Shown piece by piece: positions 41,778-52,135 of a DNA stretch of 64,000 bases (positions are counted from its first letter, which is position 1; each line of letters opens with the position of its first letter). A program made the translations under genes and the position numbers. Origin of the DNA: Polyangiaceae bacterium (lineage in GTDB: Bacteria > Myxococcota_A > Polyangia > Polyangiales > Polyangiaceae); contig JBGANF010000003.1 of the NCBI GenBank assembly GCA_044222475.1, forward strand, positions 1-64,000, given 5' to 3'. Below the pieces are notes generated by a model, which was not told where the DNA came from, ran no database searches, and saw only the letters and a list, made by a program, of their open reading frames with translations.

Positions 41778-43084
41778 GGCTCGCCTCGCTCTTCCTCGCG
41801 TGCGCCGCGATCGCGGTCGCAGCCCCGGCGGCGGCGGCGCCTCGGGAGCTCGGGCTCAACATCCACCAGTCGACGGACGTCGGGCCGGCGGTGACGCAGG
41901 CCGCGAACCTGAAGTGGGTGCGCATCGACGTGAACTGGTTCGACGCAGAAAAATCCAAAGGCGTCTACGACTGGACGATCTTGGACCAAGTCGTCGACGC
42001 CGCGAAGAACCGCGGACTGTCGGTGCTCGCGGTCCTCGCGTATACGCCGGCGTGGGCGTCGCAGGCCAACGTCGACGGCAAGGAGACGCTGAACGACGTC
42101 CCGAAAGCGGGCACGTATCCGGCGTTCGTGACGGCAGCGGTGACGCACTTCGCCGGCCGCGTGACCCACTACGAGATCTGGAACGAGCCCAATCTGGGAC
42201 AGTTCTTCGAGGGCACGCCGAAGGACTACACGGATCTCGTCCTGGTGCCGGGCGCCGACGCGGTGCATGCGGCATGTCCGAGCTGCAAGGTGGTGGCGCC
42301 CGGTCTCGCGTCGCTCGCGGTGTCGAAGTACGACGAGTGGCTCGACGCGTCGCTGGTCGCGGCGATGCCCAAGATCGACATCGTGAGCGGCCACGTCTAC
42401 GCCGGGTTCCCGCAAGACGGAGCCGCGGGAACGTCGGACAACTTCTACAACCGGCTCGAGAAGCACCGGATCATCAAGTTGGGCGACACCGTGGTCTTCG
42501 AAGGCCCGCGGTCGTTCAAGGAGGTGATGGACGCCCGCGGCGCGAAGCAGCCGTTCTGGCTCACCGAGACCGGCATCGAGGCGGCGCTCGGCGACGCGCC
42601 CAAGCTCGATCAGCAGACGCGCTTCTATCGGCGAGTGCTCGAGAGCATGCTCACGCGCGTGTGGTGGACGAACACCATCTTCTACGAGGCCTTCGACGAG
42701 AGCGTGGCACCGTACCGATTCGGGGTCGCGCTCCACGGGACCGGGGCGAGCTTTCAAGAGAAGCCGGTGATGGCGTTCCTGCGTCAGGCGACGGGCAAGC
42801 AGCTCCTCTTCGGGGGCAACGGCACCGACTGCGAAGACGGCCTCGACAACGAGGGCGACGGGCTCATCGACTTCCCCGCCGATCCCGACTGCACCAGCGC
42901 GAAGTCGACGAGCGAGGGCGCGCCGCCGATCGACGCGGGAGTCGACGACGCGGGAGACGCTGGAGATCCGGGTGTCCCAAATGGGGACGGCGGCGGCTGC
43001 AACGCCTCGGGCTCGAACGCGCTGCTGGGCCCGGCGGCCCTCACCTTCCTCGCGGCGCTGATCGCCCGGCGTCGCCGACGGTAG
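41774..43084 (+). CDS. Clan GH-A glycoside hydrolase (GH39/GH5-like) with MYXO-CTERM sorting tail
   Basis: Signal peptide; YEIWNEPN (acid/base), FWLTETG (nucleophile); CEDGLDNEGDGLID Ca-binding-like repeat; GGGC + hydrophobic stretch + RRRRR. Confidence 0.82.
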   Translation: MRLASLFLACAAIAVAAPAAAAPRELGLNIHQSTDVGPAVTQAANLKWVRIDVNWFDAEKSKGVYDWTILDQVVDAAKNRGLSVLAVLAYTPAWASQANVDGKETLNDVPKAGTYPAFVTAAVTHFAGRVTHYEIWNEPNLGQFFEGTPKDYTDLVLVPGADAVHAACPSCKVVAPGLASLAVSKYDEWLDASLVAAMPKIDIVSGHVYAGFPQDGAAGTSDNFYNRLEKHRIIKLGDTVVFEGPRSFKEVMDARGAKQPFWLTETGIEAALGDAPKLDQQTRFYRRVLESMLTRVWWTNTIFYEAFDESVAPYRFGVALHGTGASFQEKPVMAFLRQATGKQLLFGGNGTDCEDGLDNEGDGLIDFPADPDCTSAKSTSEGAPPIDAGVDDAGDAGDPGVPNGDGGGCNASGSNALLGPAALTFLAALIARRRRR

Positions 43085-44191
43085 CTACCGGTCGCGGCGC
43101 CGCAGGAACTCCAGGTCGAGCTTCGTCTTCCCGTCGAGCGCGAGCTCCGCGAGGGACTCTCCAATCACCGACGCGAACTTGAAGCCGTGACCCGAGAACC
43201 CGGCCGCGAAGACGATGTCTTCGTGCCGGTCGACGATGAAGTGCTCGTCCGGCGTCATGGTGTAGAGGCACACCTTGCTCCGCGTCGGCATCGCTCCCAC
43301 GTCGCGCAGCGCACGCGCGGCGAACGCGGAGGTGCGCGCCGTGTCTTCGCCGTGGACGACGCGATCGACGGTGTCCGGGTCCACCTCGTCGTGGGCGGCG
43401 TGCTCGGCCACCTTGATCTCGCCGTTGATCCGCGGGAACCCGTAGAAGAAGCCGCGCGCGGTGTCGTACGCGAAGCAGGGCATCCCGGCGCTCGCCTCGT
43501 AGGCCTCGGGCGCGGCGAACCACGATTGGACGACGCGGTGCACGCGCAGCGGCAGACCGAACGACGAGAGGAGCTTCGTGGCCCACGGTCCGGCCGCGAC
43601 CACGAGCGTCTTCGCCTCGTAGGTCTGCGTCGCGGTGTCGACCCGGACCGAAGCGTGATCTTGGTGAACGGCGGTGACGGGCTCGCCGAAGACGAGGGTC
43701 GCGCCGGCGCGCTCCGCGGCGCGAGCGTGGGCTTCGACGCAGTGCTCGACCTCGAGCCAACCGGCGCCGGGCTCCCAGAGTGCGACGTCGCCGTCGTGGA
43801 TGACGAGCTGGGGGAACCGTGCGCGGGCGTCGGTGACGCTGACCTCCTCGGTCGCGATCGAGTACTTCGCCGCCACCGCCCGCGCGCGCTCGGTCGCTCC
43901 GGCTTCGCCGCGGTCGGACACGAGCAGGAGCCCGGTGCGGTGCAGGAGCGTGCGTCCCGCGTTCGCCGAGAGCTCGTCCCACAGGGCGTACGCCCGCTCG
44001 AGGAGCGGCACGTACGCCGGGCTCTCGAAGTACGCCTTTCGAATGAGCCGAGTCTCGCCGTGCGAGCTGCCGAGGTCGTGCGCCAGCGGGTACTGCTCGA
44101 TCCCGAGCACCTTCGCTCCGCGTCGCGCGAGGTGGTACGCGGCGGCGGAGCCCATGCCACCGAGGCCGATCACGATGACGTCGTGAGTCAC
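43085..44191 (-). CDS. solA: N-methyl-L-tryptophan oxidase / monomeric sarcosine oxidase family
   Basis: GLGGMG, GSSHGETRLIR, CLYTMTPDEHF and GFSGHGFKF motifs. Confidence 0.92.
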   Translation of the reverse strand: MTHDVIVIGLGGMGSAAAYHLARRGAKVLGIEQYPLAHDLGSSHGETRLIRKAYFESPAYVPLLERAYALWDELSANAGRTLLHRTGLLLVSDRGEAGATERARAVAAKYSIATEEVSVTDARARFPQLVIHDGDVALWEPGAGWLEVEHCVEAHARAAERAGATLVFGEPVTAVHQDHASVRVDTATQTYEAKTLVVAAGPWATKLLSSFGLPLRVHRVVQSWFAAPEAYEASAGMPCFAYDTARGFFYGFPRINGEIKVAEHAAHDEVDPDTVDRVVHGEDTARTSAFAARALRDVGAMPTRSKVCLYTMTPDEHFIVDRHEDIVFAAGFSGHGFKFASVIGESLAELALDGKTKLDLEFLRRRDR

Positions 44192-44210
44192 CGCACCAGC
44201 CTAGCAGGAG

Positions 44211-45764
44211 TCAGTGCGCTCCCTGAACTTCCACGCCGGCCTTCGGCTTCCGGAGCAGGAGAACGAGCACGATCCCGAGCGCCATCGCGGCGGCGACGAT
44301 GCGAAAGCCGTCCTCGAAGCTGAGGATCATGGCCTGCTTCGTCACCTTGAGCTGGAGGATCCGCTCGGCGACGCCGTCGGGCGTGTAGGTCTGCGACCCG
44401 ACGCCGGCGCGGAGCATCGCCTGCTGGTCTTGAGCCACCGAGTCGTAGCTCGACACGTGCTCGGCGAGGTACGAGCTCCGCTCCTTGATCCCATCGGTCA
44501 CGAGCATCCCCATCACCGCCGTGCCGATCGATCCGCCGAGCTCGCGCGTCAGGTTGAACAACCCGGTGGCGTTGCCGCGCTTCTCCGGCGAGATGTCGGA
44601 CAGCGCGAGGACGCTCACCGGGATGAACACGAAGCCGAGGCCGAACGACCGAATCATGTTCGGCTTCACTTGGTCCCAGAAGCTGACGTCGCCGGTGAGG
44701 TGCGACGCGACGATCTGGCTCGCGACCACCACGGCCACGCCGATGAAGAGCAGATACCGGCCGTCGACCTTGGGCGCCATGCGTCCGACCAGCGGCATCA
44801 TGATCACGCTGACCGAGCCGGCAGCGAGGAAGACCTCGCCGGTGTCGAGCGCGCTCTGCCGCAAGACCGCGCCGCAGAAGAGCGAGAAGAGGTAGCTCCC
44901 GCTGAAGAGCGCAAACCCGGTCAGGAAGTTGAGCCCGGTACCGGCCGCGTAGCTGCGGTTCGCGAACACGCGAAGGTCGACCACCGGGTGGTCGGCCTCG
45001 AGCTCGTGGACGATGAACGTGATCAGGCTGATCGCGGCGACGGCGGAGAGGACGATGATCGCCTTGCTCTCGAACCACCCCTCGCGGTTGCCCTCTTCGA
45101 GCACGTACTGCAGCGCGGGCATGCCCACCGCGAGGAGGACGATGCCGAACACGTCGACCTTCGCCTCGTCGCCCTTCGGCGGTGCGAACGTCGGCTGGTC
45201 GACGAACCGCAGCGTCAGGAACGCCGCAAGGAGGCCGATGGGGACGTTGACGAGGAAGATCCAATGCCAGGAGAGCGCGTCGATGAGGTACCCGCCGATC
45301 GTCGGGCCGAGGAGCGGGCCGGTGATCGCGCCGAGCCCGAAGAGGCCGGCGGCCATCCCGTGCTCGTGCTTGGGGTAACGCGCGAAGAGGATGCTCTGCG
45401 CCGTCGGGATGATCGCGCCGCCGCCGAGCCCCTGGAGCACCCGGAAGAGGACGAGCGACGGAAGGTTCCACGCGAGCCCGCACAGCGCGCTCGCCACGGT
45501 GAAGACGAGGATCGACGTCGCGAAGTAGCGCTTGTAGCCGAACCGCCGCTGGAACCACCCGGTCATCGGGATGATGACGATGTTCGCCATCATGTAGCCG
45601 GTGGAGACCCAGCCGATCTGATCGATCGGAGTACCGAACGAGGCGCGGATGTCGGTGAGGGCGACGTTGACGATGGTGATGTCGACCATCGCCATCAGCG
45701 TCGCGACCATCACCACCGCGGTGATGGCCGCTTTGCTGCCGCGAATCTCGGCGGGCGCTTCCAT
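44211..45764 (-). CDS. DHA2 family MFS efflux pump (EmrB-like)
   Basis: DITIVNVAL, WVSTGY, RVLQGLGGG, GPLLGPTIGG and WIFLVNVPIG motifs. Confidence 0.94.
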   Translation of the reverse strand: MEAPAEIRGSKAAITAVVMVATLMAMVDITIVNVALTDIRASFGTPIDQIGWVSTGYMMANIVIIPMTGWFQRRFGYKRYFATSILVFTVASALCGLAWNLPSLVLFRVLQGLGGGAIIPTAQSILFARYPKHEHGMAAGLFGLGAITGPLLGPTIGGYLIDALSWHWIFLVNVPIGLLAAFLTLRFVDQPTFAPPKGDEAKVDVFGIVLLAVGMPALQYVLEEGNREGWFESKAIIVLSAVAAISLITFIVHELEADHPVVDLRVFANRSYAAGTGLNFLTGFALFSGSYLFSLFCGAVLRQSALDTGEVFLAAGSVSVIMMPLVGRMAPKVDGRYLLFIGVAVVVASQIVASHLTGDVSFWDQVKPNMIRSFGLGFVFIPVSVLALSDISPEKRGNATGLFNLTRELGGSIGTAVMGMLVTDGIKERSSYLAEHVSSYDSVAQDQQAMLRAGVGSQTYTPDGVAERILQLKVTKQAMILSFEDGFRIVAAAMALGIVLVLLLRKPKAGVEVQGAH

Positions 45765-45766
45765 GG

Positions 45767-47017
45767 CTACTTGGTGCTCACGGTCACGGTGGCGCTCATG
45801 CCGGGGCGCAGCGTGACGTCCGGCGGCGCGTCGAAGCGGACGAGCACGGGCACGCGCTGCACGACCTTGGTGAAGTTGCCCGACGCGTTGTCCGGCGGGA
45901 GGAGCGAGAACCGCGAGCCGGTGCCCGCCGCGAGGCTGTCGACGTGTCCCACGAAGGTACGACCGCCCCAGCCGTCGATCTTCACCTTCACGGGTTGGCC
46001 GACCTTCATCTCGGCGATCTGGTCTTCCTTGAAGTTCGCGACGACCCACGTGTCGTCGAGGGGGACGAGCGCGAGGAGCGGACGCTCCGGGCTCACGTTC
46101 TGGCCGATCTCCACGGTGCGGCGGGTCACCACCCCGCTGACCTGCGCCTTGACCTGGGTGTAGCCCACGGCGAGCTCGGCGCCGTCGAGCGCGGCCTTCG
46201 ATTGCGCGACCCTCGCCTCGGCGAGCTCGACCTGCGCCGTCGCGGCTTCGATCTGGTCCGGCGCCATCTGGGCCGAGAGGAGGCGGCCGCGGGCGGCCTC
46301 GATCGTGCCGGCCGTGTTCGTGACGTTCGCCTTCGCCGAGGCGAGGCGGGCTTGGGCCTGCGCGACGGCCGCGTCGGCTTGGTCGAGCGCGGACCGGCGA
46401 GTGTCCCAGTCGGCTTGGGTGGTGACCTTCTGCGCGAAGAGGTGATCGACGCGGTCGAAGTCGGCCGACGCGAGATCGCGGCGCGTCTTGGCGGCGCGCA
46501 GGTCCGCTTCGGCCTGGTCGATGCTCGCTTGCGTCGTGCCGGCGAGCGCCGCCGCTTGCGACACCCCGCCGCGCGCGACGACGAGGTTCGAGTCGGTCGT
46601 CTTGTGCGTGACCGCGAGCTGAGTCCGCGCGGCGTGAAGCGACGCGAGCGCGGCGGCGTAGTCCGCGCGCGCGGCGGCGAGCTTCACTTGGTAGTCGCGG
46701 TCGTCGAGCTGCACGAGGACGTCGCCCGCGTGGACCATCTGGTTGTCGGTGACGAGGACCTCTTTCACCTGACCCGCGACGCGGGGCGCGACGTTGGCGA
46801 CGTGGCCTTCGACCTGCGCGTCGTCGGTGGTCTCGACGCCGCGCGTCTGCGACCACGCGACGCCGCCGGCCAGGGCCGCGAGCCCGACGAGGACCGGGAG
46901 GACGATTGTCGCGATCCGACGCTTCGGCGAGGCGGGCTTGATCGCGGGGGCGTCCGCCTCGCGGTGGTCGTCGGTGTGGCGCTGAAGCGCGGAGGTGGGG
47001 GCAGCGAGGGTGGCCAT
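45767..47017 (-). CDS. HlyD/EmrA family membrane fusion protein
   Basis: TM helix, TDDAQV, ANFKE and FSLLPPDNASGNFTKVVQRVPV motifs. Confidence 0.94.
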   Translation of the reverse strand: MATLAAPTSALQRHTDDHREADAPAIKPASPKRRIATIVLPVLVGLAALAGGVAWSQTRGVETTDDAQVEGHVANVAPRVAGQVKEVLVTDNQMVHAGDVLVQLDDRDYQVKLAAARADYAAALASLHAARTQLAVTHKTTDSNLVVARGGVSQAAALAGTTQASIDQAEADLRAAKTRRDLASADFDRVDHLFAQKVTTQADWDTRRSALDQADAAVAQAQARLASAKANVTNTAGTIEAARGRLLSAQMAPDQIEAATAQVELAEARVAQSKAALDGAELAVGYTQVKAQVSGVVTRRTVEIGQNVSPERPLLALVPLDDTWVVANFKEDQIAEMKVGQPVKVKIDGWGGRTFVGHVDSLAAGTGSRFSLLPPDNASGNFTKVVQRVPVLVRFDAPPDVTLRPGMSATVTVSTK

Positions 47018-47029
47018 ACCCCCGCGCAA

Positions 47030-47045
47030 TGCATCTCCCATGCCC
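47030..47045 (-). promoter_or_regulatory. Putative sigma54 -24/-12 promoter of the emrAB-like genes
   Basis: Minus strand reads GGGCATGGGAGATGCA (GG-N10-GC); a sigma54 activator gene lies divergently. Confidence 0.6.
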
Positions 47046-47087
47046 ACCCGGAAGAAAATCATCCTTAGTACTTTTAACCATTTATCG

Positions 47088-47168
47088 ATGTCCGAAGCCC
47101 GACATGTTGAACGAATGGAAGACATGGTATACCGTGGATGCATACCAATTGGACCACATGGAAGACAT
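47088..47168. promoter_or_regulatory. Candidate operator / upstream activator sites
   Basis: AT-rich region with inverted repeats ATGTC-N8-GACAT (47088-47105) and TGGTAT-N11-ATACCA (47125-47147), plus direct repeat ATGGAAGACAT at 47115 and 47158. Confidence 0.45.
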
Positions 47169-49992
47169 CCATTCCATCACCCCGGCCACCATCCGAGCCC
47201 TCCGCGGGAACGTTAGCCGGCAAGCGTTCGCCGCGCGGGTCGGGGTGACCGCCAACACGGTCTACCGATGGGAGCTCCCCGCACACGCGACGGAAGCCCG
47301 ACGACCGCGCGGGGCCGCGCTGGCTCGTTTGCTGTCACTCGGTGGCTCGGAGGCGCCGGCTCCCCCGAGCGAGGCGGCGCTCACCGATGCCATCGCCACG
47401 GTGCATCGCTCTCTCGGGAAGGACTTCGCGCAGGGCGAGGACGACCTGTTTCGCGCGTCGACGAACGACGCGCGCGCCATCAGCACGGACGCACGGGCGG
47501 TGCTCGCCGCCGGCTCCGCCATCGTCGAGACCCTGCTCCACTCGCGGGCGCGCAGCGCGATGCTCGTCCTCGCACCCGCACTGGCCGACGCGGAGGCGGG
47601 GCGGCTCACCCCCCGCGCGGCGGCCTGGGTCCACGCCGCCGCAGCGCAGCTCCACGCGATGCCGGACGGTCGTGCGTTCGACGTCGGTCGCGTGCACGCG
47701 CACGCGCGGCGCGCGGAGGAGCTGGCTGGACGCGACGCCGACGTCGCGCGCTGGCTCGGCGCCCACGCGACGTTCCATGCGGCGATGCAGCTCGCCGACG
47801 ACGACTTCGTCGCGCGCGCGCTGCAACGCCTCGACGAGATCAACGTCGACCTGCCGTTCGTCCTCGCGCTCCACCGCGACGAGTCTCGCGCGATCACGAC
47901 GATGCTCGCGGGGCAGACCGCGGCCGCGCGCGCCGCGCTCACCGAGATCGCCGGTGCCGCGCACTCCGCGAACCTCGCCGTCGTCGAAGCGCGCGCGCTG
48001 CGTCTGCTCGCGCAGCGGCAGCTCGACGATCGGGAGCGGCCCGAAGCGGTCCTCGAGATCGCGGAGCGCGTGCGAGAGCTCGCGGCGCGCGCGCGCCTCG
48101 GTCCGGGAGCCCACACCACGTTCGGAGCGCGCGCCCGTGCCGAGGCGCAGCTTCGCCTCGGGCGCATCGACGACGTGTCCCGCACCTTTCGCGAGCTCGA
48201 CGCCGAAATGGAGACGGTTCGGTTCCCGCCGGTCGCCGCGGTGCCGACGCGAGTGCGCGCGCTGTTCTTGACCGGGCGGCAAGAGGACATCCCTCGCCTC
48301 GCAGCCGAGATCCGCGGCGCCGCCGTGACGTCGATGCACGGCGCGTGCGACGCGTTCGCGTCGTGGGCCGATGCGATGCACGCGCTCGCCACCGACGAAG
48401 ACGGCGACCTCACCATCGAGCGCTTCCGCGACGCCGAACGGAAGTCGTCGCGCTGGAACTTTCTTCTGCGGGACGTGCTCGTGTTCGGCTCGACCGCGCA
48501 CATCATCTACGGCTCCGAGAGTGACGCCGCAGCCGCGATCCGACGGGCCCAGCGCTTCCTCGACCGTTTCCCCTCGCCTTGGTGCGCGGCTCACCTGCGG
48601 CGGCTCGAAGGGACGATGCTCGCCGCGCGCGGGCACACGGTGACGGGGCGACCGCTGCTCGAAGCCGCGATCGCCACGTTCGAGCTCGCAGGCGATCGAC
48701 CCGACGAAGCGCTCGCGCGCCACACGCTCGCCGCAATTGCGTGCGGTCTACAAGAACCCGACGCCGATGCGAGGGTGGCGGAGACGGGGCGCGCGATCAC
48801 GGCGCTCGGCTTGGTGGAGCCGATCGGCATCCGTCGCGGGGTCGAGCGCATTCGGGCCGCGCGCTCGCGGCTTGCGCCGTCTTCGGGTGAGAGCGAGATG
48901 CCGGCGGGCCGGCTCGTCGTGCCGATGCAGCGCCTCGCGGTGCGCGGGATGACGTCGGACATGGTGCTGCGCGAGCTCGCGGTGGTGCTCGAAGAGCTGC
49001 TCTCGAAGCGCGCGGTGCGGGTCGAGGAGATCGGCGTCGAGGGCACGCCGAACGAGCCCGGTGGCTTCGAGTGGGCCGAGTTCGGCGACGGCGGCGGCAG
49101 ACGGCTTCGGGTCGGCGCGCCGGGGCCGCTCAGCGAAGGCGAGCTGTCGGCGCTGACGATCCTGGCGACGATGGCCGGCCTCGCGCTCGCCTCGACGCCG
49201 AGCGCGGCGTCCGCGGGCTCGCGATCGGGTGATGCGGGAGCGCACCCCGAGATCGCCGGCTTCGTCGGAGCGTCGAGCGCGGCGAAGAAGCTCCGCGCCG
49301 AGGTTTCGCGGCTCGCTCGCGCTCGGGCGACGGTCGTCATCGCTGGCGAGTCGGGCACGGGCAAGGAGCTCGTCGCGCGCGCGCTGCACGATGCGTCGCC
49401 TCGATCGGCGGCGCCGTACGTCGCGTTCAACTGCGCGACGGTCCCGCGCGATCTGTTCGAGGGTCAGCTCTTCGGTTACCGGCGCGGCGCGTTCACCGGA
49501 GCGACGAGCGATCACGCCGGCGTGCTTCGCGCGGCCGACGGGGGGACGATCTTCCTCGACGAGATTGGCGAGTTGCCGCTCGACGTGCAGCCCAAGCTGC
49601 TGCGTTTCCTCGAGAACGCCGAGGTGTTCCCGCTGGGCGAGAAGCGGCCAACGCGGGTCGACGTGCGGGTCGTCTGCGCGACGCACCGCGACCTCGGTGA
49701 GCTGGTGCGCCAGGGGCAGTTTCGAGAGGACCTCTACTACCGGCTCGCGGTGATCACGCTGGACGTTCCGCCGCTGCGGCGTCGCGCGGAGGACGTCGCG
49801 CCGATCGCGAGGCACTTCCTGCGAGTGGTGTCGGCGCCGGCGGATCCGCCGATCCTGGCGCCCGATGCGCTGCGGCGGCTGGAGGCGCACCCCTGGCCGG
49901 GCAACGTGCGAGAGCTGCGCAACGTGATCGAGCGGACGCTGGCGTTCGCGGGGCCGACGAGGGTCGTGACCGCGGGGATGCTTCGGATGTGA
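47158..49992 (+). CDS. Sigma54-dependent activator with N-terminal XRE-type HTH, long helical middle region and C-terminal AAA+ domain
   Basis: [46 protein letters not shown] and WPGNVREL motifs; no C-terminal Fis HTH. Confidence 0.88.
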   Translation: MEDIHSITPATIRALRGNVSRQAFAARVGVTANTVYRWELPAHATEARRPRGAALARLLSLGGSEAPAPPSEAALTDAIATVHRSLGKDFAQGEDDLFRASTNDARAISTDARAVLAAGSAIVETLLHSRARSAMLVLAPALADAEAGRLTPRAAAWVHAAAAQLHAMPDGRAFDVGRVHAHARRAEELAGRDADVARWLGAHATFHAAMQLADDDFVARALQRLDEINVDLPFVLALHRDESRAITTMLAGQTAAARAALTEIAGAAHSANLAVVEARALRLLAQRQLDDRERPEAVLEIAERVRELAARARLGPGAHTTFGARARAEAQLRLGRIDDVSRTFRELDAEMETVRFPPVAAVPTRVRALFLTGRQEDIPRLAAEIRGAAVTSMHGACDAFASWADAMHALATDEDGDLTIERFRDAERKSSRWNFLLRDVLVFGSTAHIIYGSESDAAAAIRRAQRFLDRFPSPWCAAHLRRLEGTMLAARGHTVTGRPLLEAAIATFELAGDRPDEALARHTLAAIACGLQEPDADARVAETGRAITALGLVEPIGIRRGVERIRAARSRLAPSSGESEMPAGRLVVPMQRLAVRGMTSDMVLRELAVVLEELLSKRAVRVEEIGVEGTPNEPGGFEWAEFGDGGGRRLRVGAPGPLSEGELSALTILATMAGLALASTPSAASAGSRSGDAGAHPEIAGFVGASSAAKKLRAEVSRLARARATVVIAGESGTGKELVARALHDASPRSAAPYVAFNCATVPRDLFEGQLFGYRRGAFTGATSDHAGVLRAADGGTIFLDEIGELPLDVQPKLLRFLENAEVFPLGEKRPTRVDVRVVCATHRDLGELVRQGQFREDLYYRLAVITLDVPPLRRRAEDVAPIARHFLRVVSAPADPPILAPDALRRLEAHPWPGNVRELRNVIERTLAFAGPTRVVTAGMLRM

Positions 49993-49996
49993 CGGC

Positions 49997-50824
49997 TCAG
50001 ATCTCCGTGAGGATCGTCGTCAAGATGTAGTCTGCACAGAAGACCACGACGATGCTCGCGACGACGGCTTTGGCCGTCGCCTCTCCGACTCCTCGCGCTC
50101 CGCCCGACGCGTGGAAGCCCTTCTTGCAGCAGATCACGCTCACGAGAAGACCGAACACCGTCGCCTTGATGAGGCACATCCGGATGTCCGACGTCTGGAT
50201 GAACTGCTGCACCTTGTCGAAGAAGAGACCGGGGTCGAGCCCCTGCCACAACACCGCCACGACGTACGCGCCGCCCATCCCCGCGATGCCGAACACGAGC
50301 GCGAGCATCGGCGTGACCACGACGCTCGCGAGCACGCGAGGCACCACCAGGTACTGCACGGGGTTCACGCCCATCGTCGTGATGGCGTCGATCTGCTCGG
50401 TCACGCGCATGTTGCCGAGCTCGCTCGCCATCGTGCTCCCCGCGCGCGCGGTGATGACGACCGCGGCGAGCACCGGCGCGAGCTCGCGCGCGAGCGCGAT
50501 GGCGACGACGCCGCCGACCATGTTCTCGGCCGAGAACTGGCGGAAGCCGACGATCGTGCTGACCGTGAACGCCATGCCGGTGAAGAGCCCGACGAGCGCG
50601 ACGATGAACGTCGACCCGGCGCCGATGAAGTCGAACGCAGAGAGGAACTGCGCGAACCGGAACGGCGGACGAATCGCCCACGTGAGCGTCTGCAGGAACA
50701 ACGTGAGCGTGCCGCCGAAGTCGTCGAGGACGTCGAGCACTGGACCGAAGATCGTGGCGAGGACCGACGAGAAGCTTCGGCGCTCGCCTTCGTCCGTCAT
50801 GCCGAGATCCGCCCTCTGAACCAC
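49997..50824 (-). CDS. mlaE: MlaE family ABC permease
   Basis: RELAPVL, RAGSTMASELGNMRVTEQIDA, VVPRV and GGARGVG motifs. Confidence 0.93.
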   Translation of the reverse strand: MVQRADLGMTDEGERRSFSSVLATIFGPVLDVLDDFGGTLTLFLQTLTWAIRPPFRFAQFLSAFDFIGAGSTFIVALVGLFTGMAFTVSTIVGFRQFSAENMVGGVVAIALARELAPVLAAVVITARAGSTMASELGNMRVTEQIDAITTMGVNPVQYLVVPRVLASVVVTPMLALVFGIAGMGGAYVVAVLWQGLDPGLFFDKVQQFIQTSDIRMCLIKATVFGLLVSVICCKKGFHASGGARGVGEATAKAVVASIVVVFCADYILTTILTEI

Positions 50825-50843
50825 CGTGCAACCTTAGCAGGTG

Positions 50844-52073
50844 TCACGGCTCACGATAAAATCGTGGGACGCGACGCGAGATCGCGCAGAGCACCTCCCA
50901 CGGGATGGTGTGCTGGTGCTCCGCGACCTCGTCGGGGGTGATGCAGTCCTTGCCGAGGGCGCCCTCTTGCGGGCCGAGGAAGACGGCCTCGTCGCGGAGC
51001 TGCACTCCGGCGATGTCGGTCACGTCGATCATCGTCATGTCCATCGACACGGCGCCGACGATCGGCGCGCGCTTGCCGCGGATGAGGGCGTGTCCCTTGT
51101 TGGTGAGATGGCGCGAGAGGCCGTCGGCGTAGCCCATGGGGATCGTCGCGATGGTCGACGTTCGCGACGCGCGCCAGAGCGCGCCGTAGCCGACGGGCGC
51201 GCCGGGCGCGATCTCGCGCAGCGCGACGATCTCCGAGCGCACGCGCATCACCGGGTGAAGCTCGAGGCGCGACGCGGGCTCGCCCTCGGCCTTGGCTTTG
51301 GGCGCGACGCCGAAGAGCGCGACGCCGGGTCGAACTGCGTCGAGGCGTGCTTGCTCGCGGAGGAGCGCGGCGGTGTTCGCCGCGTGACGCACCTGCGGGC
51401 GAACGCCGAAGCGCGCGAGGAGCGCGGTCGCCTCGTCGAAGCGGACCATCTGTTCCGTCGTCTCGGCGTCGGTCGGGGCGTCGGCGCAGGCGAGGTGCGT
51501 CATGAGGCCGGTGATCTTCACCTCGGGAAATTCGTCGAGCTTCTCGGCGAACTTCGCGAGGTCCTTCATGGTGACGCCGAGGCGCGCCATCCCGGTGTCG
51601 ACCTTGAGGTGGACGGCGACCGGCGACGACACGCTGCCCGCGCGCGCGAGGCGCGCGAAGCCTTCGACCTGAGCGAGATCGTAGACGACGGGCACGAGCT
51701 TGCGCGCGAGCACCTCCTCGTGAGAGCCGCCGTAGTAGCCGCCCATCACGAGGATGGGCGCCACGATGCCGGCCTCTCGGAGCTCGACGCCTTCCTCCAA
51801 GAGAGCGACGCAGAACCCGTCGGCTCCGGCGCGCTCGAGCGTACGGGCGACCGCGGGCGCGCCGTGACCGTAGCCGTCGGCCTTCAAGACGGCCCACACC
51901 TTCGCGCCGCCGGCGTGGCGCTTCAGCGCGCGCAGGTTGAGACGGAGGGCTTCGAGGTTCACCTCGGCGCGGGTCGGTCGAACGGCGTCGGCCGGCGCAG
52001 CGCGGCGCGGGCGCAGGACGCGCGGAGTCGACGGGGGAGCCGGGGGAACGGGCGGGACCGGGGTGTTCGCCAC
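50844..52073 (-). CDS. alr: Alanine racemase
   Basis: AVLKADGYGHG, HLKVDTGMARLG, MTH, VRPG, GYADG and VSMD motifs. Confidence 0.97.
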   Translation of the reverse strand: MANTPVPPVPPAPPSTPRVLRPRRAAPADAVRPTRAEVNLEALRLNLRALKRHAGGAKVWAVLKADGYGHGAPAVARTLERAGADGFCVALLEEGVELREAGIVAPILVMGGYYGGSHEEVLARKLVPVVYDLAQVEGFARLARAGSVSSPVAVHLKVDTGMARLGVTMKDLAKFAEKLDEFPEVKITGLMTHLACADAPTDAETTEQMVRFDEATALLARFGVRPQVRHAANTAALLREQARLDAVRPGVALFGVAPKAKAEGEPASRLELHPVMRVRSEIVALREIAPGAPVGYGALWRASRTSTIATIPMGYADGLSRHLTNKGHALIRGKRAPIVGAVSMDMTMIDVTDIAGVQLRDEAVFLGPQEGALGKDCITPDEVAEHQHTIPWEVLCAISRRVPRFYREP

Positions 52074-52135
52074 GGCGTCTATATGCCGCGACGCGCCGCG
52101 ACAAGGAAGGGAAAATCCATCCTAACCTCGTCGGC

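Noticed and set aside
45765..47081. Apparent 956-aa EmrA-EmrB fusion
   Set aside because: The extension is an off-frame read of emrA; emrB starts at 45764.
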